Shown: positions 1 to 13,000 of the stretch, in pieces
Position numbering within the stretch: the first letter of the stretch is position 1
Layout of the letters: each line of letters starts with the position of its first letter
Source of the DNA: Marsupella aquatica
Lineage: Eukaryota > Plantae > Marchantiophyta
Direction of reading: 5' to 3'
Length of the DNA stretch: 64,000 bases
Assembly: GCA_973895155.1 (NCBI GenBank)
Contig: OZ316893.1
Location: forward strand, 12,416,359 to 12,480,358
The notes under the pieces: generated by a model
Seen by the model: only the letters and a program-made list of their open reading frames with translations
Database searches by the model: none
What the model was told of the DNA's origin: nothing
Program-made: the position numbers and the translations under genes

Positions 1-1354
1 AGACAGTGCATTCATTCATGGACAGTCCCTACACTATGGGAGCTTCATGAGTGTATTACCCGAGCCTCAATTTGAGAAAACACCTTGTGTACGGACTGGG
101 GAACTACCTCAAGGACAAGCAGTTTGAGGGATTCAACTGCCAGGCAGTCCATTGACACGGGGCTTTTCCTAATAATCTCCACGTAGTCTTCAGATAAGGA
201 TGACCAGTGGGCTCTATTCAAATTACAAGTCTTTGGAGAATTGGGACCAGTGTAATCAAGTAAGTACCATTAAATGGGTGCCCTAGAAAAACGAAGTACC
301 GTTCTCTACTCGAGGAGTGTACAGGACGCCACAAGAACTCATTACAGAATGTAGAGTTACAGGGGACCAGTGCATACGAACACCTGGTGGGGGTATCTTG
401 GTCCTCAAAGACGCATAATTTTGACATATCAACTGAGGGTAGCCTCTTTGATTACGCCTTCTCTATTTCAAGAGTACTGCAGAATAGCACTTCTAACAAT
501 GGGGAATACTCTGCTAGAGGACAAAATTAATTTCATGACTGGATTTGTTTGACTAAAGGAAGACTAGTAAACCCAGTTTTCTGTCTTAACTAATTTTTAG
601 ACAGCTGAAGACATTCTAAACGTCCTTTCTGAGGAAAATGACACGGATTTCCTATGATCAGCTCTGCTTTCCTGGCAGACCGCCATTCGCATAGCTGCAA
701 GAAATTCTATTTCTTCAGAACGCATATGTACATTACCGTTGGCACGCTTAAACAATCGATGCGTCATGACTAGCAATGCAGAGTCCAAAAACACAGCATG
801 CATAATCAATCAAAAGAACTTATTAACGAAAAGACCCACCTTCTCAGGTGTGTTCGGCAGAATTAAGAACATACTACAAATAGGGAAATGAAGTCATAAT
901 GCAGTGTCTGTCATGACCTCAAAGCCATAAACATCCACTCTGGATGAAAAGGATTTGAAATATACCAAAATAGAAAATATTTTCATTCTGCTGTCTGTCA
1001 GACTGCCAACGCTATCTTGTAGATAGAGTTTAAGTGTCCTCATTATGCAGCGTTTGTCATAGGCTTATAGCGCAATGTCGATGTCTTGTGGAGAAAGAGC
1101 AATGGGTCTTATTGCAACAGTTACACCCAGAGAGCTCTTCCAGGATGCATTTGAACTTTAACCAATGCTGTAACAAAAACTGCTTAAATTACCCTTCCAC
1201 CAGGTTTGCAGCTGCCTCCTCGAGGAAGGTCAGCTTGATGGACATGAAGCACACGAGAAAAAGTAGTAGAACATGCATTGCATTGATTTCCACTTCAGAA
1301 TGAAATCAAACAAACAACCATTACTCTCAAGCAGGGTGCTTGAGAAAGAGTAGC

Positions 1355-4300
1355 TTACGGTCCACTGTCGCTGGTATATCTATCACTTCTCAGCTGTCTG
1401 AACAGCTCCATCTTCTGAGGGACAGATTGCACCAAAGTCTCTTCAGATTCCATCATGGGTTGCATCTCGAAATCCTCTCGACCCCACCCTGTTTTCAATT
1501 TTCTGGAAAGTGAATTATCAATCATCTGCCTGTGTTTCACCGAATTTGAAAACCCTTCATCCATAATCCTTGTGAATGGGGAAGTAACATGATTGACCGC
1601 ATGAGAAGCCGCTTGTATTTTGAGCTCTGATATCATGTGAACTGCATGCAGCACTATGTTGGCAGCATGACCGGCGAGCATGACATTTTCAATATCACCC
1701 ACAGCATCAGCAAGAGCATGGAACACATCTGCGAATCGAGGGTAGCTAGCAACATAGCTTTCAGAGTCCTCCCTCCTCTGAAGAGACGAGTCCCCATCAT
1801 CCTCAGCTCTCGTCTCAACGACAAGACCGTTATCATCCGGATCATCTTCAGAGTCCAAATCACAGGGGGTTGAATTGGACGCAGAATTTGGTAATGAACC
1901 ATGCTCCTTGACAGGTTTGTCATGATCCAGGAACATGCAATTAAGACCCCCTTGTTGTGCACCAACGCGAGTCTTATATGTCTGAACTGCTCTGTGCCCG
2001 ATGGTTCCTTTCATGATCAAAAGTTTCACCTATGGATCACGACATGAACAATGGCTTTTAAGTCAACGCCAACTTGGTGAAACAAGAGGTCAACACAAAA
2101 ATCAGAAAACAGTGAACCGACTTGATAGCAGGTGGATGAGGGACAAACCTGGTGTTTGCACATGTTTCCATGTCGAGCCCAGTCACAATTACACAACGCC
2201 CACTCAGTGTCAGGATTGTAAACTGTATACTGGACATTGGAGTCTTCCGGACTCAGAACAGTCGCTGCATGAGTACTTTCATGCGCGAGTGGCAGAGAAA
2301 CGTGCGAATCGGGTATGCTAGCCGCTTGCAAGACAGTTGACTCGACAACATCGGACCTGGATAGACCCCAGCGCTTACTGAAGTCCATGAACCAGAACGA
2401 GGAGTCAACATCTTTCACAAGTTTGTGAATGAACCAATCAAGACGTCTCGTTTGGAGAGACCGTCCCTCTTCACGGAGCCGTGCCTTGAAGGTCCAGTGG
2501 TACGTTTCCATTGCGCAGTTGATGTCTTGATTCGTATGGGAGAGATTCTGCGCCGCCTTAATCCACTCGCCTGCAAAAGACAATTCCACCAATAAGGTTC
2601 CTCCACATTATCATCTGCAGGATACTGCATTGGACCCCATACAAGGGTCTGAACCATATACAGACCTCGGGCCTGAGAACAGGGAGCTATAAGCCACCAC
2701 GTGATTCAAGTGGTATAATTGTGATAGCAATCTTGAGTATAGATTGGATATTTGAGTACTAACATCACAATAGCGAGGATCTCATGTATTGAGGGTCTGA
2801 GTAAGGAAACAGTTGCACCGGGATGAATGCTCTAAGCTTTTGAAACATGTGGGTCAGAACCACAACCCTATATTGTGCAGAAACTTAGCTCAGAAATTAA
2901 AGAGTCGTGCTCTGAATGACACCACGGTTCTGCAGATCCGCAAGGCTTCAAAGCTGAACACGAATGAGATCACGACACTATCTAGAATCAAGTCTTAAAT
3001 CGTACCTATACTAGGCAGCCATCTCCCTTGGAAATAATTGATGAAAGCAGTTTCGTCTCTGAAGTAGTCCAGGAACTGCTCCACCTGCTTGAGCGCATGT
3101 GTCTCCATGTTGCATAACGATAGAGATTGCACATTGCTGAGATACATGATCTCTCCGAGCCTTCGAAACATCTTGGCCCGTTCATTCCATGATGAGCAAA
3201 CTGTCTTCACCAGATTTTTGGACCAGCTCCGCCGCAGGTACCAAAGAGAGAGAAACACCGGAACATCAAAGACATTCCTGCACGCAATCAAAACTGTGAG
3301 TACAAAGCTAAGTCGCCGAAAGTCTGGACCTGAATGCAAGCATTTCCCCGATTCAAGGAAGACAACTTTCGAGAGCAACCTGAAGGAGTTCACGTCTGAT
3401 GATGTTGGCTCATCAATGACGAAGCAGCTCGGTCTCCAGCCAACCAGCTTCTCGTTCATTCTTTCCTTGAGACATCGTAACCAAATCTCGATGTCCACTG
3501 GATTCGAGCTCGAGGTCATGATCCAAGCTACTGGTATAGCATGCTGGTTAGCATCAAATACCAGCAATGTGAAGAACGAAAACTGCAGAGCACAAGTGCA
3601 GATGTCACAAATTAGCTCATTCGCTTTCCCAGAGAAAAAAGACGAGCAAGCAACAGTTTTCAATCTGCAATCCGCCGACGCCACAATCATTAGACATGGC
3701 TTACCTCAAGCTTGTCCCGTCCATATGTTGCATGACAAGCCACAACGTTCTGATGCCCCAAAGTTATCATCTTCTCCTCCTGCCAGGGAGTCTGTATCGC
3801 GAGGATGAACGAGGAATTCGTGACCGAGTTTTCCGCCTGGTAGAAGAGGACCAACTCAGGATGCCGCTGGATCCATGTCTTGACCCCTTCTGCCTCAGAC
3901 ACATCATGCTGGAAGGTGTCTTCGGCCAAGCGCTTCGAGATGTTGAGCACATCATGTTTGTTCAGGAAATCATCCCGAACGGGCAGTTTCTCCTCATTCT
4001 TGGCGTTCCTCTCCTGAATAAGACATTTGTGCTCCTGCAATATTTGCTTGGGTGATATGCTCCTGTAGAGCTGATGCAAGACCCACCGTCTCATGTCTGT
4101 GGAGAGCTTGGGGGCATACTGTGCCCTAGATCCAATAGCACTCGGATCTAATGTTCCATGGCAGATGCATCCTGATACATCGGTATGTGACCGATGCACG
4201 AAGTGAATCTGAGTGATGTCTGGCCAAAGATACATTATCTTGACGTTGAAGTGGCACAGACATCCTCGAGCAGAGTCCTCTCCTCTGGCACAAGCTGACC

Positions 4301-5498
4301 TACGACGCTTCCGCTCTTGACCATCGGCAGAGAGCACCACTTTGCTCTGCACTTGAGACCTCTTACTGCGATTGTCATGTGGACCGTAAGTGCACCAATA
4401 CCTGCGAGACATGAGACCTTAGTGTGAGTATTCCACGTCCATAAACTCACCAACAACCCTTTGGGAACAGAGACTGCCCGTGCGATCGAAAGCAGGCACG
4501 ACAAAGTCAGGCAGCTGAAACTGACCTAACTGGCATGGAAATGCCCTCTTTGGCCGAGGGCCGGGACCTCCCAACCTCATGACAACGACAATCAAGCATT
4601 TGAAAAAGGTACCATTTGATTACACCGCAGTCCAAAAACAGTGCCAACGTCAGAGGGAAGAGAAACAGTTGCGACAAGGGGAGTTCAAACCTTGTGTACT
4701 TCAGCCAGCACTGGGAACGAATTCGATGAATTGGTAAGGAGCCTGGTTTCCTCGTTCGCGAGCTCCTTATCTTGAACTTGGTTGGAGCCGTTCCAGAGCC
4801 AAGTTCTTCACCCGTGATGAATTGCAAAATCCGATTGCTCGGAATGTATGCAATATTATCCTTCCAGTGGAGGTCAGCGGCACAGAAAATGTCCTTTTCA
4901 GGACTTTGAATGACAAACATAGACATGATTAGGGTCTAGAGTCTCCACCTGGCGACTCAGTTCTATGCATATCACGAGCGAGACGACTCACTACATTTTC
5001 AGATTTTCTGTGGGCGATCAAAACCTACGTGCTAATTGCATGGGTACAATGGGAAGGACTTGACAGTGGAGGAGATTGCTCCGGGGGGTAAATGTACAGC
5101 CAACAGGTCCCTGTTCAAAAAGCTTCTACTCAATTGTCCCTTTCTTGAATGCTGCATCACGGAATTGAAGAAGCAGGTCCCAGAGAAGATATCATGAGGC
5201 CCGGGAAAGACAACCTCTAGATCCTTTGTGATTCTCGGTCCGATCTCCTGCCCACACCAAAAGAAGAGCAGGCCGTCAGACACACATACAAGCCCTAAAC
5301 CTTTGCCACAGGACAGATACTTTGATTTGACAAGACCTCGCTACTTATTTCAGAGCTACATATAGATGACGAAGGATTGAACGTCCCAAAGGAAAAGCAA
5401 TCTGATGACGTAGAAAGTATACATTTTGAATCCAGAGAAAACATTTCTAAACTGATCGGATCTTCAACTCCTTCTCCGATCAGATCTTCCAGTTCCAC
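1355..5498 (-). CDS. Multi-exon SWIM zinc-finger / MULE-transposase-derived protein (At4g13970/At1g60560-like family); start and last exons uncertain
   Basis: Consecutive minus-strand ORF pieces joined by GT..AG introns: YWCTYGPHD..RGCLCHF..CICHG (3690-4412), FTLLVFD..IPVAW..GWRPSCFVID (2995-3690), METYH and SWIM finger CNCDWARHGNMCKH (2026-2592), acidic tail (1355-2029). The 1355 stop overlaps a GTAAG donor, so small extra exons near 1193-1240 and 597-692 are possible. Confidence 0.8.
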
Positions 5499-6546
5499 AA
5501 AAAAACCTCGTTAAATATCGGAACTGTCCAAGGTAACATTCAAGGGGCAGCTCAGAGGGAGGGCATCAGTAAGACACCAAATGGTGCAGATAGCGCTCTT
5601 CGTGGTGTACCCAGGCTGTTCGACGATCACACAGTTCCAAGGAGACCAAGGAAAGTTCTACAAATCTAATGACTCTCCAAATTCCTCTTCGTCGAGGGCA
5701 ACAAGAATACGTCACCAACAACTGTCATCTTCCAGAGTTAAGGAACCAGCATATTTCACGCGTTCATCCCCTTCTGGGAATCGTGAGACGCCTCAATCGA
5801 ACCCCTGCCAAGAGGAGACACTGCACAACTGAACTCCATCGCATTGCCGCATCACACTCCTCTGCAGACGTCGGCCGGTAGATCAATTCCAAGTTTGACT
5901 GAGGTAGGTTATGAACGTAGCTTACCTCTCGAGACGGAGTGCCGCAATTTCATGGAAGCAAGTTAACGCTCAGTAGGCGTGCTCCCTCGTCCTCCTCCTC
6001 CCCTCCTCCTCCCCTCGTGCTTCCCTCGTCCTCCCCTCGTCCTCCTCCTCCAGCAGCAGCAGCTGCAGGCCGTGGAGATCAGTAGGAATTCCTCCTGGAA
6101 GCTGAGAACGGAGAGGAATAGCCTCTCCCCCCGTCGACGACCAGCAGCACGCAACTCCACTCCTAGCGCTCCCCGCAGCGGCCACGAGGACGATGAACTC
6201 GACAACGACAACGACGACGACAACGATAACAACAACAACGAGGTAGAGGAGGAGGCCGGGGCAGCGGAATCGGGACGCTGATGCAGCAGCAACGGAATAA
6301 GTTAATCTCGCACAGTACTAGTAGACAGCACATGTCCAAACCATATCACCACACCAGTGCCGCAGACACAGGAACGAAGAAGCCTAGTACTTCAACCCCC
6401 CTGGCGGATTCCAATCATTCTCCACACACCACTCGCTGCCATTACCCCACCGCTTCTTCAGACGCCTCCCGCTCGGGGCCCTACCGCCGGAGCAACGGCG
6501 AAAACCCACGACCACGAGTCTCTCCGCTACTCGACGACGAGCAGCA

Positions 6547-6871
6547 CAGTGCAGTGCAGTGCAGTGCAGTGCAGCGCAGAGCGGAGCAGGGCTGCATCAG
6601 CACCACCACCAGCAGTAGCTGCGAGCGAGCTGCGAGCTGCTTCCTCCTCCTTCAGCCCCATTGACTTCCCTCACTCCCCAATTCCGCCATCGTCGTCCTT
6701 CCTTCTTCCTCATCCCCCGTACTCTCCTCTCCCTCTCCCTCTCCCTCGCCCTCTCGACCTCACCCAACGACCTCTCCAGAGCTCTTCACGAGTGGTACAC
6801 TTCTCCACCATCACTACCACCACCACCACCTTCTTCTCGTCCTCACCTCACCTCACCTCACCTCACCTCAC
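6547..6871. repeat. Pentamer microsatellites (GTGCA)n and (CCTCA)n in a pyrimidine-rich, promoter/5'UTR-like region
   Basis: cagtgcagtgcagtgcagtgcagtgcag at ~6547-6573; cctcacctcacctca... at 6841-6871. Confidence 0.85.
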
Positions 6872-6929
6872 TGTACAGTAGCAGCCGATGATGCGAGCCT
6901 TGTAGACTCGTAGAGCATCCCCTACACTC

Positions 6930-8030
6930 GCTTGACTGCCCGTTCGTTTCGTTGTGTAGGATAACTCACCCCGGGGGCAGGGGAAGGGGAAGGAGCTGGG
7001 GTTACTAGACTCTAATTAACCCTACATCTGAAACGTGAGAACAAGCTGATCCAAGAATGGGAGTAGATGATTCGTGCCTTGTACAGCATCTCCATACTCG
7101 ACTGCTTGACTGCCCGTTCTTTGTATAGGATAACTCAGCCAGGGGGAAGGGGAAGGGGAAGGGGTTACTGTCGTCACTGCCTTAACCATGGTTAGCCCTA
7201 AACCCACATTCATATGCACCGCAGACCCCTTTCACATCTGACTACCCCAGGTGATGCTGGCCCGAACTTGCCCACGGTCGCACTTTTTTTTTCCTCATTT
7301 TTGAGACACCCTACTAGACTCTAACCGTACATCTGGAATGTGAGAACAAGCTGACCAAAGAATGGGAGACGATGATCCATGCCTTGTATAGCATCTTCAT
7401 ACTTGACTAGCTTGACTGCCCGTTCTTTGTATAGGATATCTGAGCCCCGGGGGCAGGGACTGGGGTTACTAGGCTCTAACCGTATATACGGAATTAATGT
7501 GAGAACAAGCTGACCAAAGAAGGGTAGTCGATGATGTGTTCCTTGTAGATGGTCTCCATACACGACTAGCTTGACTGCCTGTGCTTTGTCTAGGATAGCC
7601 TGGGGAGCGGGGGTGAGGGTGTAGTACTAGGCTCGAACCCTACATTATTTTAGAATTAATGTGAGAACAAGCTGACCAAAGAAGGGTAGTCAATGATGTG
7701 TGCCTTGTAGAGGATCTTCATACTTGACTAACTTGACTGCCCATTCTTTGTATAGGATAACCCAGCCATGCGACGGGGTTTACTGCTAGGGAGTCTAAAC
7801 TTTAATAGATGGGGATTTAATTACAGAATGTCTAACTCTTCACTCTATCAGCCAAACTGCCTGTTGTTTTTGTAGGATAACCAAGCTCTGTGGGGGTTAC
7901 TAGCCTATAACCCTGCATACGGGAATACGACAACAAGCTCACTAGCTGCCAGTAGTCAATGATGCATGTCTCCTTAAAGCACATCCAAGACTTAACTCTC
8001 TCAACCTGACTGCCCATTCTTTGAATATAA
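6930..8030. repeat. Degenerate ~160-bp tandem repeat, about 6 copies
   Basis: Recurring GAGAACAAGCTGACCAAAGAA (~7037, 7342, 7501, 7662) and CTTGACTGCCCGTTCTTTGTATAGGATA (~6931, 7104, 7411, 7570, 7732). Confidence 0.85.
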
Positions 8031-9712
8031 ATAGAGATAAGGACATTCAAGCCCATTCACCAAATAGGGTTCATTTGTTTACAAAGACTCATTGTACTTC
8101 CAATCCTCATTTTCTACCCCACCCCCAGCTTTACTTACACCCCCCCCCCCCCCCCCCCCGCCCCGAGTCAAGGTTTAGGGTTTGGGGATTCACCAATTCA
8201 GGTTTGATTGGTTTCAGTGACTCCTCACATGTTCGGCATTTCCATAGTCACCCTTCCCAGTCCCCGTTTTCCACTGGCACCCCCAACTTTAATTATGCCA
8301 ATTCTTCCAAATAAAATAAAATCAGTCATGTTGGATGAGCTCGTGTCCCAGCATAACGGCGCACCTGAATTACCCCATTGCACTGGGGCTGTCCTATGGC
8401 GTGAGCGTCTGGGTACACCAAGTGAACTAAAAACAGTATGTACTGGGTATTCGTTGCATACCCAGTACATCCAATAACTAAACCCAGTAAGGGTAAAGAT
8501 GCCCTTAGTGGCATACAATTAGGAGTTCCGAGATTGTTCGACGCATTCTATAGTGCTACTCTACTACTCTACTACTATTCTGCTGTACTATACTGTACTG
8601 TACTGTACTATGGCTGCCTCTCCGATCCCTTTGGCCAATCCGGTCTTGTCTGATTAACCCAACCCACATAAAAAGGGGGGGGGGGGGGGGGCGGGAACCT
8701 GATAACTAATCTAGTTTTGGGGGCAAGTTAGTAATTTAATATAATTTATTTTATTTTCAGAAAAGGGGAGCAAGGCCCCGAAAAGTAGTCATTTTGACTA
8801 GTTGGGGGGACACAGAAAAGTTTTTAAAGGTTTTTTATTGAGGGAGATAAATTCCAAAAAAGGAAAGGAACAACCTACTCTTGTGAGTTTTGAGGACTGA
8901 TTTACCATGGCCATAAGAAGGCGGTTCAAATCCCATATTCAGGACCCACGTGACCTCCACAACAAAACCCCCAATCACATCCAATAGTCTTTGAGGGAAT
9001 GCTGATTGTTTGTGAGAGGCAGAATGATGAAGAGGCACCCACCCTTTAAAGTTGACTCTAAACGGTCGCCATTGATCCTCCCAATGTTTGTGTAGAGTCA
9101 CATTGTGCTACCCCCCCCATAGGTGTCGTGGTTTATGAGCATCTACAGTTGTGTCAGACCAATGCATGCTCTTATTATTGCTTGCAATGGAATTTAGAGA
9201 CCAGCACGGTGATGATCCTAGAGGATTATTCTCAGCAGCGTGTAAGTTTAGTAATCAGCTTTTGGGGGAGACTGAAGTGTCATTCTCACTTTTTCCAGAG
9301 TAAAGGGCTGGTATAACGATTGGTGGAGATGTTTCTCTTAGATGGGGAAGCTTATATTATTGGAGTGAAATAAGAATATTATTTTATTGTCGCCAAGCGG
9401 CTCATGAGTACGTACCAGACACACAGTAGGCAACGGTGTCCATGGCAGGTAAGAAAAGGGACCAATTTTCTGAAAAAAGCTAAACAAGTACAATGGAGTA
9501 AAAGCAAAGTACATACTCTGCATGAGGTCAACCCCCTTGCAAGTTTCAAAAGAAGGGCACACCTTTGTTTATACAATCTGCATTGGAAAAAAGCAAAGTT
9601 CTCTATAATTCAAAGGAGCCAACTCCGGCAACTACAGAATCACCACCAACACACCCAATTTGTGGCTTTTGTAATGACACTTGTTTCTATTCCTGATTTT
9701 CAATTTGTTTGG

Positions 9713-9945
9713 CGGGGAAACAACAACTGTATCACATTGCTTGTGAGTGAAAGAGTCAAACTGGAAGATAAGATTGCAAAGGGAGGAGACCAAATAAAGA
9801 GGAGAAAACAAGGGGAAAATTGCAGGAAGGGGAAACAACAAGTGTATCACATTGCTTGAGAGTAACAGAGTCAAACTGGAAAACAAGATCCCAAAGGGAG
9901 GAGACCGCATAAAAGGGAGAAAACAAGGGGAAAACGGCAGGAAGC
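9713..9945. repeat. ~115-bp tandem duplication
   Basis: GGGGAAACAACAA.TGTATCACATTGCTTG.GAGT..AGAGTCAAACTGGAA..AAGAT..CAAAGGGAGGAGACC occurs twice. Confidence 0.85.
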
Positions 9946-10070
9946 CACAAAGATCAAAATGCCAGAGAGCCCCCAAACGACCAAGGAACTAAAGCATTAC
10001 AAAGGTAAAGCTCAGGAGTAAACATCATAGGAGGGTCACATAGAGGAATTTGTCAAGAGGCCCTAAAAGG
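9895..10070 (+). repeat. Copy of a dispersed ~200-bp repeat; other copies at ~12480-12673 (+) and ~19450-19630 (-)
   Basis: Shared GGAGACC..AAAAGG.AGAAA and GAGTAAAC....AGGAGGGTC....GAGGAATTTG.C...GGCCCT.AAA motifs. Confidence 0.6.
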
Positions 10071-13000
10071 GATAAAGGTTCACGAAAGCAACCTATTCCC
10101 CCCCACCCTAGAAAAGAAACCAGTAACCGTAGATTCCAAAGGTCTCATTAGGTTATCTAGGATCAGAAACTCTAGATTCCAAGGCCTCGTTAGGTTAGCT
10201 TGGCAAAGTGTATCAGATATTCAGATAGCTTGCCGTGGACACAAGTGCACTCCATGTCGGTGCTGTAGTCGAAACTATTAAAAACTTTCTGCATCTTGTT
10301 TTGTACCCATGAACAGTTCTAAAAATAGCTGTAGTTTGCTAAAAAAAAGTGCATAAGTTTAGAGACTGTGGTTTTTTTGTGTTTTAAGAAAGAAGCCAAC
10401 CCTGAAACTATACAATGTAGTTACAATAGGGCTTGTCAAACAGTTTATTACATTTCACCCAAAGTGCTTATGAACCTTAATTGTTGTAACAAACCAGGCT
10501 GTCATGTGATTTGGCTGATTTCATGAAGTTCATATAGTTTCTTGAACGATTTGAGTCCAATTACAAGAGGATATGGAACTTGTTGACACTAAGCATTCAC
10601 CACGGTATATTGGATCCAGCTGCATACCTAACTTAAGACCACTAATATAACTGGTCATAATTAGGTAGTTAGTGCAAACTAAATAATTTATAAATTGGTT
10701 CCAGCACAAAATGTGAGGTCCAAAATCGGGAGGTTGGGAAAACCTGCAGGCTATTTCCGGAAAATGGCTGTTTCCGGAAATGGGGAAGATAGTAAATTCT
10801 AGACACCACAGCCTGAAAGTTTTCATGAGGCAAAATGGCCTGGACATTGGGTTTTCTTTTGAAATAGGGCGCAAACACAGGTTTTGGCTAGATGTCAGTG
10901 ACATACTGGAAAAAGTAGACATAGAAAAAATGTTGGCTAGAAAACTTTTCAATGGCCACCTGCGCACTAAAGTCTGGAAGCAAGTCAAAATAACTTTTGG
11001 CAAAGTTTTGCTACTAGGGTAATTGCGCTCCAGCATCCTACACGTATTTTTTGTCGTTTTAGCATTTCCCCCACTTTCTCTGTCTTTGTCTCTTGCTGCA
11101 CCTTACTTTTGCAATTTTCTCCTCTCTCCCTTCAAGTATATGAATATAGACTAGAATGAAATTAAAAATCCATTTCAACCTATCGCCCTAGCTATTGTTG
11201 CAAGAATGTAGTCTGGAACGCTTTCATGATGAAAGTATCTCCAAGTGTCGAAAATAGAAAGCTGAAAACTTTCTGACTATCTTAGACCTGTCCACTAGCC
11301 ATTGTGATTGTAGATTGAGATTGTCCTATAGTTTAAAGCCACCAACGTTACACTTCTTGTTAGGCACCCCTTTTGCCAGACTGGGGAAGGGAGGACAAAG
11401 AGAGCAAATGAAAGGTTGCTCTAAGTTGTTGCTACTTCACCAAGAGCCTCTGTCCTCGCTTCTTGCCAGAAAACAAGATTCAATTAAAAAAGTATGTCAG
11501 AGTTCCAGCATGGAAAACTTTCCCTTTTAGGGAAATTGTTTTGTGCCACCACTCAAGAAGCTATGCCCTGAACCTACAAACTTGGTTGTGCAGGGTTGGC
11601 TTTCCCCTACTAAAATAGAAAATATATTTGAACCTACGAAACGGGTTCAGTGTAGACAATTAATTTTAAGTGCTTACAAATTGCTTAGAGATATGCATGA
11701 TACTTAGAATATTGTATTTTTCAATGCACTACCGGTAGCTCAGTAAACTAAACATGAGACGATTCATTTGAGTATTCTTGACAAAAAACTCATATCTTTT
11801 CAGACCTCTCTTGTTTAGGTTGTCAGATTGGGGAGTTAGGTTTACCATTACTTTCCTCACGCTTAGACCAGTGTAGTAATGCATGCTGTTTCCAGTGAGT
11901 TGTAGAGTATAATTAGGAGGCTTCTTAGATAGTGTGGGACTTGCTAGGCTAGCAAGAGTGCCCAAGCTTTGTCTGGAATCCTTTTACGGCTTTGACAGAA
12001 TTTCAAGCTTTGGTTGGAATGAAGTTTTTTGGGGTTTGCTCTTTTTTGCTGTTTTTATATGGGAAAAAGGGCAAAGCCAAAAGTACTTTTTCCAACCTAA
12101 GCAGGAAATTCTGGACAAGCCTTCCTTGGAAATCTATGTATTGTTTCACCTTGGGTCCCACCATTCACTGTTACCTGTTATTGCCATTGCACATCATGCA
12201 TGGAAGCAATGAAAGAAATATACAAACTTTTGCACATCATGCATGGAAGGTGAAACATGAGGGTGTGTGTCTTTGCATTTCCAAATGTTATATAAGGTGC
12301 ATGGATACACATATGTGTAGAGCTTGCTGGACATTAGTTGTTCCAACAAGTGTAGCTCAGGCAGATCAGGCTTTCAAGTAAGGATTGGGGATGCTCTGAG
12401 TACAAAATGTATTTGAAACAAAAGAAAAGATACCATTAGTAACACTGCCAAAGAACAAAAAATGTCAAACCTGGAAAGACCCCCAAAGGCAAGAGACCCA
12501 TTCAGCAGGAGGAAAACAGCAAAAGAACCAAGGCAGGCCAAAGAGCAAAAATCCCTAGAATCTACGGCAAAATAACTAAAACCCTAATGAGCAAGAAACC
12601 AAAAACCCTGGTCGAGCCCATGAGTACACCGCATAAGAAGGTGATGAAGAGGAATTTGCGGAGGCCCTGAAAGATACTCACGTCAGTTTGGACGTCTTGG
12701 GTCGACACAAACACGAGGCCTACTATATGTGTGTGGACCATCTACAGTATTCCTAGCCCCATGGGCGTTGTCTCTTAGTGGTTTATAAACAACAAAAAAC
12801 TTCCTAGCCCCATTAGATATTTAACCTACTGTCAGTTGTTCATTGTTTCTTCTCGGACTGTAGTGTGTGTGTATGGCCCCACCACACCTTGCTGCTCTAT
12901 TGTTGAACGCCACATATGTCCACATACGAGGGTCAATAAAGTGGTAGTTGAATAAGTGGATTTGATGTCACGAGCTCCACGCTCATTAGAGCATGGCCCA

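Noticed and set aside
3089-3808. 239-aa plus-strand ORF and other antisense ORFs over genes and pol
   Set aside because: Shadow frames of real minus-strand coding sequence.
5963-6891. Low-complexity ORFs on both strands
   Set aside because: They arise from microsatellites and GC-rich 5'UTR/promoter sequence and show no domain motifs.
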